DNA of 64,000 nucleotides from assembly GCA_044226015.1 (NCBI GenBank), contig JBGAHS010000001.1:768001-832000 (forward strand), in the 5' to 3' direction. The notes below the pieces were generated by a model that did no database searches, was not told the origin of the DNA, and saw only the letters and a program-made list of their open reading frames with translations. Origin of the DNA: Candidatus Obscuribacteraceae bacterium. Its GTDB lineage: Bacteria > Cyanobacteriota > Vampirovibrionia > Obscuribacterales > Obscuribacteraceae. This document shows, piece by piece, positions 30,400 to 39,994 of the stretch. Numbering within the stretch: the stretch's first letter is position 1; every line of letters starts with the position of its first letter. The translations under genes and the position numbers were made by a program.

Positions 30400-30426
30400 T
30401 AATTCCACCATGCTGTGGTGGAATTA
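30400..30426. promoter_or_regulatory. Perfect 11-bp inverted repeat (possible operator or RNA hairpin)
   Basis: TAATTCCACCA-tgctg-TGGTGGAATTA, 64 nt upstream of the protease ATG; no U-tract on either side. Confidence 0.4.
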
Positions 30427-30490
30427 CCATTCTCGCCGCGATAGCCCACGCCTATGATGCTCGTACGGTTGGTTGCCGTGGGAGAGTCAT

Positions 30491-31699
30491 ATGGAAAATT
30501 CCAGGGATCAAATCCCTGTCTTAAAACCTGGGGAAAAGTTTGCGGAGCCAAACGAGCCTCAGTCTGAGTTAGAGCCTTCAGTTAGAAAATTGTACCTGGA
30601 TAGCCTGCCGAAGACTGTCCAGATTAGAGCAGACAACGCCACCGGAAGCGGTTTTTTCATGGACAAAGATGGAAGAATCGGAACGGCGGCTCACGTTATT
30701 CTTGGTTCAAGAGAGCAGTTTGCAATCACTAGCGATGGTACGAAGTACAAGTTGCAGATCGAAAAAATTGATGATCTGAACGACATCGCAATTATGAAGC
30801 CGCTTGGTTATAAATCGGGTTCCTACCCTGTAGCAGAGATGGGTGACTCGACTTCCATAAAAAAGGGAACTGAATTCTTTCCGATGGGGCATCCTCAGGG
30901 ACGACGCCCTGCGTATATCTCTCCAGGTGAATTTGGCTCCGAAATGAAGAATTCCCAGCTCTTGCTGGATTTCCATCAGATGACTCAAGAAGAGCTGGAC
31001 GAGCGAATCGGTGAAGCCATAACTCCGAAGGAAACGCCTTTCATGAAATCAGCTCTCGAGCGTGATCTATTGAATGGAGTTGTTCATATTCGTCCGGGTG
31101 ATTCGGGCGGACCAGCCTTTGATGCAAACGGCAAAGTAATTGGCATCAATGACATGATCACCTCGTTCGAGAACGGGTACTTTGTTCCGGTAGAGAAAAT
31201 TCGCGCTCTATATGAGCAGAAGAATACTGACTTTGAAATAAGCTATCATCGTTCGCCAACCGCCTGGGCAGAGTCATATCAAAATCAATGGACTCAGAAG
31301 CCGATTGCGGCAGCGACTGAAACTGCGACTTTTGCTGGAGCCGCTTATCTAGGTAGCAGGGTCATTGGAGCTTCGCCACGCATGGGAAGTCTTGCTGTTG
31401 GGCTGGGCGAAGGAATGATGCTCTACAGCGATGCGGGTCAACTCATGCGCAGCACCGACGGAAGAGACCAGCTCAAATATACTCTTGCAAGCGCAGCGGA
31501 TGCGTCTGGATTGTTAGGCAGTGCTGCATTTCTGACTCGAATGCGAACAGGCGGTGCAATTGGCATCGGAGTTGGCATACTCGGACGCATAGCGGCAGAT
31601 TTTATTCCGACTCGCATGGTTATGACAGATCTGGTACGTAAGTCAGACCCTACGATGCCGCCTTTTACACAAGACATTGAGAAAAATCTGGGACTTTAA
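30491..31699 (+). CDS. Trypsin-like (S1) serine protease with C-terminal hydrophobic Gly/Ala-rich helices; catalytic triad intact
   Basis: GSGFF, TAAHV, DIAI, PGDSGGP; no signal peptide; GGAG RBS before ATG 30491. Confidence 0.88.
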   Translation: MENSRDQIPVLKPGEKFAEPNEPQSELEPSVRKLYLDSLPKTVQIRADNATGSGFFMDKDGRIGTAAHVILGSREQFAITSDGTKYKLQIEKIDDLNDIAIMKPLGYKSGSYPVAEMGDSTSIKKGTEFFPMGHPQGRRPAYISPGEFGSEMKNSQLLLDFHQMTQEELDERIGEAITPKETPFMKSALERDLLNGVVHIRPGDSGGPAFDANGKVIGINDMITSFENGYFVPVEKIRALYEQKNTDFEISYHRSPTAWAESYQNQWTQKPIAAATETATFAGAAYLGSRVIGASPRMGSLAVGLGEGMMLYSDAGQLMRSTDGRDQLKYTLASAADASGLLGSAAFLTRMRTGGAIGIGVGILGRIAADFIPTRMVMTDLVRKSDPTMPPFTQDIEKNLGL

Positions 31700-31714
31700 T
31701 GCGGGTAATCAAAA

Positions 31715-32929
31715 GTGAGTGATTTAAATATTCCAGTGCTGAAACTTGAAGTTCCAATCGGTAATCCGAATGAACCGCAGCCAAAAGTCGATGAAGCTTC
31801 TAGTAAGCTGTATATGGACTCTCAGGATAGCGTCTTGAGAATACAAGCCGGCAACAAACATGCCAGTGGTTTTCTTATTGATGACAAACAGCACATAGTA
31901 AGCTCTGCACATAACATCATAGGCTCAAAAGAGCAGTTTGCTGTTGATCGTCAGGGCAACCGCTATAAGCTTGAAATCGAGAAACTCGACGACCTCGCTG
32001 ATATAGCCATTCTCAAAGTCAAGTCAGGCGAAGTCAAAAATGGGAAACCTCTTGAAGTAGGCAGCGTTGAGTCGTTGAATCCCGATGATAAAGTTGTAGC
32101 ACTGTCATATCCTGCTGAGCTTGACTCGAAAAATCCTTATCTCTCAACTGGTTATGTTAGAGGTGTAGAGGTTCCGATGGAATTGCTCACCCACATTGAC
32201 CCTTCGGTTCCAGAAGTCATTGGGAAGAACATGCAGAGCATACATAATCGAGAAATTCTTGAGGAGGCAAGATCATTCTTCATGCAGCCTCTGCTGGCTA
32301 CCAAGCTTCACATTGAAGCTGGCGGTGGGGGTGCGCCGGTTCTAGACAAGGATGGCAAAGCCGTTGGCTTTGTTGCTATGAGCGATGTAAGTCACGCTGT
32401 AAGCGGAGAGACGCTGGTAGCTCCAGCCGAGTACATAAAAGGTCTTAAATCAGATAGTTCGAAATTTGAATTCAAATATTCCGCGCATGCTGCGCCCTGG
32501 GCAGAAAGATATCTTTCTGATTGGCGAGATGATAAAACTGCAGCGTTGACAAACACTGCTATGGTAGCGGGCGCCGGCTTCTTGGGCTACTATGCTGGAA
32601 TGCGCTACCCAACGGTAGCTACCGCTTTGCTGGGTGGCTATGGAATTACTAGATTAGGTGCGGATCTTAGCCGTTTGATGCAAGCTACCGATTCAGCAGA
32701 TACGACAAAATACGGCTTGGCCGCAGCTAGCGACCTCGGCACCATTGGCGGTGCTGCGATGACTCTGGTTCCTCGTCTCAAGCCTTATGGGCTGGCGCTG
32801 GCTGGAGCAAGTTTACTTGGACATGCTGCTACAGATTTCGTGCAGAATCGCTGGGTGCTTGATTCAACTACAAGGTTGCAGGGCGATCCAAAAAGACCTC
32901 CATTCATGATGGATAATTTCTTGCGCTAA
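31715..32929 (+). CDS. Trypsin-like protease paralog lacking the catalytic Ser (pseudoprotease)
   Basis: ASGFL, SSAHN and DIAIL retained, but IEAGGGGAP replaces IRPGDSGGP; colinear with the upstream gene over its full length. Confidence 0.85.
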   Translation: MSDLNIPVLKLEVPIGNPNEPQPKVDEASSKLYMDSQDSVLRIQAGNKHASGFLIDDKQHIVSSAHNIIGSKEQFAVDRQGNRYKLEIEKLDDLADIAILKVKSGEVKNGKPLEVGSVESLNPDDKVVALSYPAELDSKNPYLSTGYVRGVEVPMELLTHIDPSVPEVIGKNMQSIHNREILEEARSFFMQPLLATKLHIEAGGGGAPVLDKDGKAVGFVAMSDVSHAVSGETLVAPAEYIKGLKSDSSKFEFKYSAHAAPWAERYLSDWRDDKTAALTNTAMVAGAGFLGYYAGMRYPTVATALLGGYGITRLGADLSRLMQATDSADTTKYGLAAASDLGTIGGAAMTLVPRLKPYGLALAGASLLGHAATDFVQNRWVLDSTTRLQGDPKRPPFMMDNFLR

Positions 32930-33658
32930 CTATTTCACTTTTCGTGATTGCATGGAATCGAGCGTTTTGGCTATGTCCCCATAGCCAGACCATGATTTTT
33001 GAATGCCCATGAGCCCTTTTTCGTACATGGTGGATGAAGCAGTTCCGGCTTCTGGATTGCTAAAGGAAGGGAATTGCGATGCCGCATCCTTTGCTGAGCT
33101 GATGCCGCCCGCCGCGAGTCCTGCAAGCCACGACTCGCCTTGTTGAATTGTTTCTGCACCTTCTGCCTGAATCTTGTTCAAAGTCAATTGCGCTTCATAT
33201 GCACCATGCTTTACAGCACTTTGAAGAAGCGTGACGCCTTTTTCCACGTTTTTCTCAATGCCGTCACCGGTGATATGCATGAGACCTAATCGGTGTTCTG
33301 CATCGTTGAACCCCTGCGAAGCTGATTTCTCCAGCCAAAATTTAGCACGCTTTGAGTCTTTTTTTGTTCCAATTCCCTTTTGATGCATTATTCCAACAAT
33401 GCACTGTGAGTAAGGACAGCCTTTTTTTGCTAACTTTTTGAATTGCTTATAGGCTCTTTTGTAGTCAGCGTTCTTTACGTGCTGATGCCCAAGGTTTAGC
33501 TCTTCCTCGCTAGATTGAGTCGAAAGAGAATTCACATTCTTAGTAGAGCTGCTTTCTTTGCTAATTTCTCCATCAGCCAACGCGACGGGTGCGGTGATGC
33601 TAGAGAGGAACAGTGCAAGCGAAACAAATAGAGAATTTCTATTGCGCATCATCGTCAA
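32930..33658 (-). CDS. Secreted Sel1-repeat protein
   Basis: Signal peptide; Sel1 repeats (SQCIVGIMHQKGIGTKKDSKRAKFWLEKSASQG; AEHRLGLMHITGDGIEKNVEKG). Confidence 0.85.
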   Translation of the reverse strand: MTMMRNRNSLFVSLALFLSSITAPVALADGEISKESSSTKNVNSLSTQSSEEELNLGHQHVKNADYKRAYKQFKKLAKKGCPYSQCIVGIMHQKGIGTKKDSKRAKFWLEKSASQGFNDAEHRLGLMHITGDGIEKNVEKGVTLLQSAVKHGAYEAQLTLNKIQAEGAETIQQGESWLAGLAAGGISSAKDAASQFPSFSNPEAGTASSTMYEKGLMGIQKSWSGYGDIAKTLDSMQSRKVK

Positions 33659-34728
33659 TCTTTCCCCAACACACGATTTGATATGTCTTCTTGCAGTTTT
33701 TCCAGCTCAGCGCGAATTAGAGTTTCTTGTCGCAGTGATATCCGTCCTGTTTTCGACATCATCACGTGCAGGTTCTTTTTCTGAGCCAATAGTCTTGAGG
33801 TAAAGGAGTCCATATCGAAGGAACCGATCTGATTTTTCTCGTGGTATTCCAGGAGATCGTTCTCAATCTTTTCCATTACTTTTATGACCGGCGTTGGAGC
33901 GGGTTTCTTGGGGTGATGCACTGCCGGTGCAAATTTTGTGTGTTCAAATTCAGGTTTTTTGAGGCCGCCATGTTCTTTCTCTGAACTTGAACCCAGTTCT
34001 CGACTCTTTGTATTTCCCGATTCGGGGCGTCTGATCCGATTATCTGTTTTGCTCAAATCGTCTCGTAAGTGAACCTTGTCACCAAAGTCTCTGTCAGTGG
34101 AGATCGAGGTATTCTTTCGATTTTTGAAGAGTACTCTGTCCACCATATCAAGGTGGACCTGTCTGATTCGTGCAAGAATGCTATCAATTTGATTATCGCC
34201 AAGCGCCAGAAACTCCTTATTAGTTTCTTCTTTAATAGCCTCTATTCTCCCGGCAATTTCAATCTTATCGTCAAAGTTAAGCGAAGATTCTTTGTTTTTG
34301 AAATCTGCATTAAGGCTGTTAACCGCAGTTTCTAGCTGCGCACGTTTTCCTAGCCCTTTCAGATTTGATTGAATTTCGCTTTCTAATTTCAAGGCAGCTT
34401 GATTGACGGTTGATGCATCTTCGCCACGAGAAAGTTCTAGTAAGGCACTCTGACGAAGGCTATATAGGCGGCTTTGAAAGTCATAGTATTCGGGCTTGCT
34501 TAGATTGTGTCCTGCTGAATTTAGCAAGTCGTCGATGCGTTGAAGAGTACCACTTGCTATTCCGTAGTTTCGGCTACTACTGACCACATTCTCTTTTGAG
34601 AAGTTATTTGATTCACTTGCCAATGCTGATTGAGCAATAAACGACAGCACAAATATTTGCAGCACAATTAAATGCTGTGCCATGATTCTTGTTTGGTAAA
34701 GGCTTTGATCCTGTCGGCTAAATTTCAA
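33655..34728 (-). CDS. Hypothetical secreted helical protein
   Basis: 357-aa ORF; AGGAG RBS before TTG; signal-like segment ending SALA; overlaps the next gene. Confidence 0.65.
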   Translation of the reverse strand: MKFSRQDQSLYQTRIMAQHLIVLQIFVLSFIAQSALASESNNFSKENVVSSSRNYGIASGTLQRIDDLLNSAGHNLSKPEYYDFQSRLYSLRQSALLELSRGEDASTVNQAALKLESEIQSNLKGLGKRAQLETAVNSLNADFKNKESSLNFDDKIEIAGRIEAIKEETNKEFLALGDNQIDSILARIRQVHLDMVDRVLFKNRKNTSISTDRDFGDKVHLRDDLSKTDNRIRRPESGNTKSRELGSSSEKEHGGLKKPEFEHTKFAPAVHHPKKPAPTPVIKVMEKIENDLLEYHEKNQIGSFDMDSFTSRLLAQKKNLHVMMSKTGRISLRQETLIRAELEKLQEDISNRVLGKD

Positions 34729-34783
34729 TATACAAACTCCTTAGCTCTTATTCTAGAGCAGAGTTGCAAGATTTGTAAGCGCT

Positions 34784-37700
34784 TCAATTCTTGCGTCTGG
34801 TCGGAGCCAGGTCAGCACCGAATAACTTGAGCATAGCCGGTATCATAACCAGCGTCAGGGTTGTAGAGCTAACCATGCCGCCCAGTATCACGATTGCCAG
34901 AGGTTGCTCAAGTTCTCGACCTGCCCCTCCCAGGACTGCAATAGGTAATACCCCAAGAGCTGCTGTCAAAGCTGTCATCAATACAGGGCTCAGTCTATCC
35001 AGAGCACTTGCCATAATGATGCCATCGTAGTCTGCCGCGGCTCCGCTGAGAAGGTCATTGAAGTGGGTCACTAGCATGATGCCGTTTCTGGTCGATATAC
35101 CAAATAAGGTGATGAACCCGACCATTGAACCAACGCTGATGACTGCACCCGAGAATAGAACTGCCCAGATTCCTCCAATTAGCGCAAACGGTAAGTTTGC
35201 CATGATGAGCACTGCAGCGCGCGCAGATTTGAAAGCTAGCGTTAAGAGCAAAAGCATGCCTATTAATGAAATGACCGCCAGGATGGAAAGTTGTTTTGTA
35301 GCAGCTTCTTGAGCTTCGAATTGACCGCCATAAACCACATAGTTGCCCACGGGGAGCTTTACTTGAGTTGCTATCTTTGTTCTGGCTTCATCGATTACAC
35401 TGCCGAGGTCTCGTCCTGAGACATTAGCCTGAATCACTACTCGCCTTGAAATGTTTTCGTGGCTGATTGTGTTGGGGCTGCTGCCTTCAGAAATTTTTGC
35501 CAGTGATGAAAGGGGGACTCTGGCACCGGTTGGCGTGTCAATGAGAAGTGATTGCATCACTTCTATTCTGTTTCTATATTCGGGTTTTAGCCAGACGTAA
35601 ATATCGAAAGTCTTCTGCCCCTCGATGACCTGGGCAACCGCGACGCCTTTGAAAGCTGCTTCTATAGATGTGGACAGGTCCTTCACCGTGATACCATATC
35701 TGGCGGCATTTGCCCTGTTCATTTTGATTGAAATTTGTGGAACCGGAATAATTGGCTCGACGTGGACGTCGACAGCACCTGATACGGATGAGAGAACCTT
35801 TTCGATTTCCAGTGCCTTGGAATGTAACTCTTCCAGGTCTGTTCCAAACAGCTTAATTGCTATAGCAGCATTAATGCCTGAGAGTGCGTGGTCCATTCGG
35901 TGCTGAAGATATGAGCCTGAGTCTGTAATCAGCCCGGGAACATGCGCAAACTCATGTCTTACGTGATAAAGAACATCCTTTTTTAGTTTGCTTTCGGGTT
36001 TGAGTCGAATGTCGTACTCACTAAAATTACTTGCACCATAGTCCTCTCCACCTTCAGCCCTTCCCGCTCTCTGGCTTGCAGCCAGTACGTCATGTCGTTT
36101 CAAAAAGTGTGAGAGCAGTTCCCTTCCAATGCTTGTAGTTGTGGATAAGCTGGTGCCAGGCATCGAGGTGCTTACGACTATCAAATTGTTTTCATCGAAT
36201 TGAGGCAAAAACTCGCTTCCTAGAACAAATAGGGGCACGAGTGAGCAAATAAACAAGCCCGCCCCGCAGGCAAGTATGCTCTTTGGATGTTCGAGGCTGA
36301 GTTTGACTACGGGTTTGTACGCGGACTTCAGAAGCTCTACGAGTTTACTTTCTTTGTCAGCAATCTGGCGCGGATACCTGAGCAAGAAATAGCAAAGTGC
36401 AGGTGTCACGGTGAGCGCCACCGCTAGTGATGACATTAAAGCAAGTAAGTAGGCAACTGCCAGAGGTCCGAAAATTTTTCCTTCAAGCCCACCCAGCGAA
36501 AGCACTGGCAAGAAGACTAGCGCTACTATGAATGTCGCGTAAACCACTGCGCTGCGCACTTCTATGCATGCATTAAGTACTACTCGAAACACTGTCTCCG
36601 GTTGAGCAGACAATTTATTTTCCCGTAATCTTCGATAGACATTTTCGACATCCACGATGGCGTCGTCAACCACTTCTCCTATCGCAATAGCAAGCCCGCC
36701 CAGTGTCATCGTGTTGATGCTTAGCCCCATAATTTTGAGCAAGATGATAGCTGATAAAAGAGACAGCGGTATGGCTGTAAGCGATATGAAAGCGGTGCGC
36801 CAGTTTTGCAAGAACGCAAAGAGAATAATCACAACTAGCACGCCCCCTAGTGCTACTGCCTCAGTGACATTTCGAATTGCAACTTCAATAAAATCTGCTT
36901 GTCTGAAAGTAAGTACTTGGGCTAGATCTGGAGAGTATGTGGTCTTAAGTTCGTTCAGAACCTTTTCGAGATTCTTACTTGTCTCAAGGGTATTCGCCCA
37001 GGGCTGCTTAAACACGGTCAAGACGACTCCGGGTCTTCCATCTACAATTGCATCGCCGATTTTGAACTCCGGACCTATGTTTACGTTTGCGACGTTCTTT
37101 AGTAAAACTGGCAGCCCTTTTCGTGTAGCGATTACCGTGTCGGCGATTTCTTCCGGTGACGAGACTCTGCCGAGTCCTCGAATCAGCTCCTCTTTTTCTG
37201 TGCCCCGAAGCAATCCCCCTGCAGCATTAACGCTGCTGCCCTGAGATGCTTGCAGAACCTGGGCCAGGGATATGTCGTATTCTCTGAGTTTATCCGGGTC
37301 AACGAGCACCTGGTATTGTTTGACTTCTCCTCCAATGATGACTACGTTGGAGACACCTTGCACAGCCATGAGGCGCAATCGAAGTGTCCAATCTGCAAGT
37401 GTGCGCAAATCCATCATGCTTGTTTTGCCTGACTTGCTGTAAAGTCCAATTTTAAGAACATCGCCTGTGGCACTGGTAATCGGAGCCAGTACAGGGTTGC
37501 TCACGCCAGCCGGTAATTTATTGTTGCCTGAATGCATTACCTTTTCAGCGACTAGCTGTCGAGCTGTAAAAATGTTGGTGTCATCCTGAAAAATAATTGT
37601 TATTACGGAGAGCCCAATTGTCGAAATTGATCTGACTGTTTTTATATTTGCAGTTCCGTTCAAACTTATTTCGAGCGGGCGAGTGACGAGACTTTCAACT

Positions 37701-37879
37701 TCCTCGGGAGCGAAACCGGCTGCCTCCGTTAGCACTACAACTTGAATTGGCGCAAAGTCTGGAAAGACGTCGACTGGCATCAATGCTGCCGTGTAAATGC
37801 CATAAAACAACAGCAGTAAGGAGAGGATGTTAACAATCCATCTATTTGCTAGTGACCACTTTATGATTCCGTTGAGCAT
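34784..37879 (-). CDS. Heavy-metal efflux RND permease, CzcA/CusA family
   Basis: MPVDVFPD, APEEVESLVT, AIAIGEVVDDAIVDVENV, GFITLFGISTRNG, PVLMTALT; 1031 aa. Confidence 0.93.
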   Translation of the reverse strand: MLNGIIKWSLANRWIVNILSLLLLFYGIYTAALMPVDVFPDFAPIQVVVLTEAAGFAPEEVESLVTRPLEISLNGTANIKTVRSISTIGLSVITIIFQDDTNIFTARQLVAEKVMHSGNNKLPAGVSNPVLAPITSATGDVLKIGLYSKSGKTSMMDLRTLADWTLRLRLMAVQGVSNVVIIGGEVKQYQVLVDPDKLREYDISLAQVLQASQGSSVNAAGGLLRGTEKEELIRGLGRVSSPEEIADTVIATRKGLPVLLKNVANVNIGPEFKIGDAIVDGRPGVVLTVFKQPWANTLETSKNLEKVLNELKTTYSPDLAQVLTFRQADFIEVAIRNVTEAVALGGVLVVIILFAFLQNWRTAFISLTAIPLSLLSAIILLKIMGLSINTMTLGGLAIAIGEVVDDAIVDVENVYRRLRENKLSAQPETVFRVVLNACIEVRSAVVYATFIVALVFLPVLSLGGLEGKIFGPLAVAYLLALMSSLAVALTVTPALCYFLLRYPRQIADKESKLVELLKSAYKPVVKLSLEHPKSILACGAGLFICSLVPLFVLGSEFLPQFDENNLIVVSTSMPGTSLSTTTSIGRELLSHFLKRHDVLAASQRAGRAEGGEDYGASNFSEYDIRLKPESKLKKDVLYHVRHEFAHVPGLITDSGSYLQHRMDHALSGINAAIAIKLFGTDLEELHSKALEIEKVLSSVSGAVDVHVEPIIPVPQISIKMNRANAARYGITVKDLSTSIEAAFKGVAVAQVIEGQKTFDIYVWLKPEYRNRIEVMQSLLIDTPTGARVPLSSLAKISEGSSPNTISHENISRRVVIQANVSGRDLGSVIDEARTKIATQVKLPVGNYVVYGGQFEAQEAATKQLSILAVISLIGMLLLLTLAFKSARAAVLIMANLPFALIGGIWAVLFSGAVISVGSMVGFITLFGISTRNGIMLVTHFNDLLSGAAADYDGIIMASALDRLSPVLMTALTAALGVLPIAVLGGAGRELEQPLAIVILGGMVSSTTLTLVMIPAMLKLFGADLAPTRRKN

Positions 37880-39396
37880 TATTTACCTTCAGGCTTTTTG
37901 CTAACGCGAATCATGATGATGGCGAATATTGCGATTATGATAGCTGCACCCAGCCCGAGACCGAAGCCCATCACTAATTCCGCTTTGGAGCTGACTGGCG
38001 CGCTTTCTTCGTGTTCATGCTGCACATGGGCATCATGCTTTTCGCCTTCGTGTTCTTCTTCCTCACCTGCCTTTAAAATCGATTGTGCCATCAATTGTGT
38101 TCCGCCAGATGACACCACAAGCTGCCCCGGCTTCATTCCTGCTATCACTTGAACCTGCCCGCCGGCTTTGTTTCCCAGGGTAAGTTCGCAAGGGATAAAA
38201 TCACTTTCGGACTTTTCATAAATGTATGCAAAAGGACGCTCTTTGTAATAAACAACGGCTGATTCTGGAATCAGCATTCCCGATTCTTTACTTTCGCCAA
38301 GAATAATTTCTGCCGTGACGAACATTCCAGGACGCAGCGTCTCGTGCTCGTTGTTTGTGATTATTCTTACGTCGAGAGTCTTGGTAATTGAATCTACAAT
38401 GGTACCAATTGAGGAAATCGATCCCTGTAATTTCTCTTTGGAGGGTGTTTCTAGCAACACTGGCTGCCCGGTTTTTATGCGCGGAATTTGCTCCTGATAT
38501 ATATCCACCAGCACCCAGATTGGTGAGAGGTTGACTATGGAAAAAATGCTTTTGCTGGGATCTACTCGTTCTCCCAGGGTTATCTGTCTGCTGACGACGC
38601 ATCCACTTACAGGCGCTCTAATTGAAAGATTTGGATCGACCGTACCTTTGTCCATTGCAGCTTCGATATCATCGTTGGCAACTCCGACTATTTTAAGTTG
38701 TCCTCTAGCGGTCTCTGTTGTAACTGCTAGTTGCTTCGAGAGTAAGATGTTTTCCTGTTCTGCCCTCTGTTTCAGCGAAGCTAATTTCACAGATGCTGTA
38801 TCGAATGCATTTTTTGTTTCCTGGAAAGTCTTACGAGCTGTGATGCCTAATTTCAACAATGACTCATCGCGCTCTAATGTTGTTTTTGCAAGGGCAGCCT
38901 GATTCTCTTGAATTGCAATATCTGCTGCGTATTGAGTTTTGACACGGGCCATTTCTGCTGCAATTTTGGTGCGCTCACTGAGCAATTGCGTCAAGCTGTT
39001 TGCTACTTCTACGCTCTGAATGACAGCGAGTTCTTGCCCTTCGTGTACGATGTCTCCTTGCTTCACAAGAACTTGTTTTACCACTCCGCTAATAGTCGGT
39101 GTTACATTGAAAGCCCTTGTCTGGTCAGCCTGAACATCTCCCGTTGCCCTTAGCGATTCTTTCAGTTTGGCTAAAACAACTGGCACTGTGTGGATATTGA
39201 GAGCCCTGATTCCTTGCTCATCAACTTTCAAAGTTTGAGGGCCCGCACTGTTGTTATCAACGAATTTCTCGTTGTCACCGCTGTGTGCCCATGTGCATAA
39301 CGGTAGTCCGAAGCTCATGCAGAGGAGCAGGCTTGAAACAATCTTATTCAATTGCAACTTAGAAAAACGCAAAGCAATAATCCTTATTCGAATCAA
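37879..39396 (-). CDS. RND efflux periplasmic adaptor (CzcB/CusB-like) with His-rich segment and C-terminal TM
   Basis: Lipoyl half-motifs (ISGVVKQVLVKQGD; APVSGCV..GERV), LRPGMFV, EEEEHEGEKHDAHVQHEHEE. Exact start uncertain. Confidence 0.9.
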   Translation of the reverse strand: MIRIRIIALRFSKLQLNKIVSSLLLCMSFGLPLCTWAHSGDNEKFVDNNSAGPQTLKVDEQGIRALNIHTVPVVLAKLKESLRATGDVQADQTRAFNVTPTISGVVKQVLVKQGDIVHEGQELAVIQSVEVANSLTQLLSERTKIAAEMARVKTQYAADIAIQENQAALAKTTLERDESLLKLGITARKTFQETKNAFDTASVKLASLKQRAEQENILLSKQLAVTTETARGQLKIVGVANDDIEAAMDKGTVDPNLSIRAPVSGCVVSRQITLGERVDPSKSIFSIVNLSPIWVLVDIYQEQIPRIKTGQPVLLETPSKEKLQGSISSIGTIVDSITKTLDVRIITNNEHETLRPGMFVTAEIILGESKESGMLIPESAVVYYKERPFAYIYEKSESDFIPCELTLGNKAGGQVQVIAGMKPGQLVVSSGGTQLMAQSILKAGEEEEHEGEKHDAHVQHEHEESAPVSSKAELVMGFGLGLGAAIIIAIFAIIMIRVSKKPEGK

Positions 39397-39418
39397 ACGT
39401 CGACCCTACGACGCAAGT

Positions 39419-39868
39419 TCAAATAAGAAGTGTTCGTTTTGCTAGATAAGTCTTTGTGCCAGGCTGTGTTTCTGGCGGTGGAGCGCGCGATGAATTGACA
39501 GAAATCGGTTTCTTGTCCTTGAATTCTGAAAGAAAATCGAACGTCTGTTTTGCTGCCGCATCGAACAAATTCTCATTTGCATCGACTGTGTTGATTGTGA
39601 CCAGGTCAGGTGAGTTGAAACAGTCAGCGCAACAATCATCTTTGCAAATACTCATGGATTGGCTCGCAGAAGAAACCGATTGCTCGTTGCTGAGTTCTGA
39701 TAACAGGTTTTGTTTTTCAAACTCAGCGTGTATTTGCGTCAATTTTTTCTGTAGCAGAGGATTGGCGAGACCCTGGCATTCGTCATTTTCAGAGCACATG
39801 CAGCTTGCTTGTCCAGCGCCGAAGCTAAACAAGAAAATGATATTCAAAACTATTGTCAGAAATCTCAA
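39419..39868 (-). CDS. Cys-rich exported leader protein with RAPP motif (DUF2946/HYC_CC_PP-like)
   Basis: Signal-like N-terminus; CMC, C and CKDDCCADC; SSRAPPP near the C-terminus; immediately upstream of the metal efflux genes. Confidence 0.65.
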   Translation of the reverse strand: MRFLTIVLNIIFLFSFGAGQASCMCSENDECQGLANPLLQKKLTQIHAEFEKQNLLSELSNEQSVSSASQSMSICKDDCCADCFNSPDLVTINTVDANENLFDAAAKQTFDFLSEFKDKKPISVNSSRAPPPETQPGTKTYLAKRTLLI

Positions 39869-39994
39869 AATCAGCTCGTACTCAGTTTTTGCCCTATGAC
39901 CTAATCATATCTTCTTCCCAACCCAATTGGAAATGAATCAGGCGAACAGCTGATAATTGCGTCAGCTTCGCAGTAATTAGGGTGCAAAAAAGCA

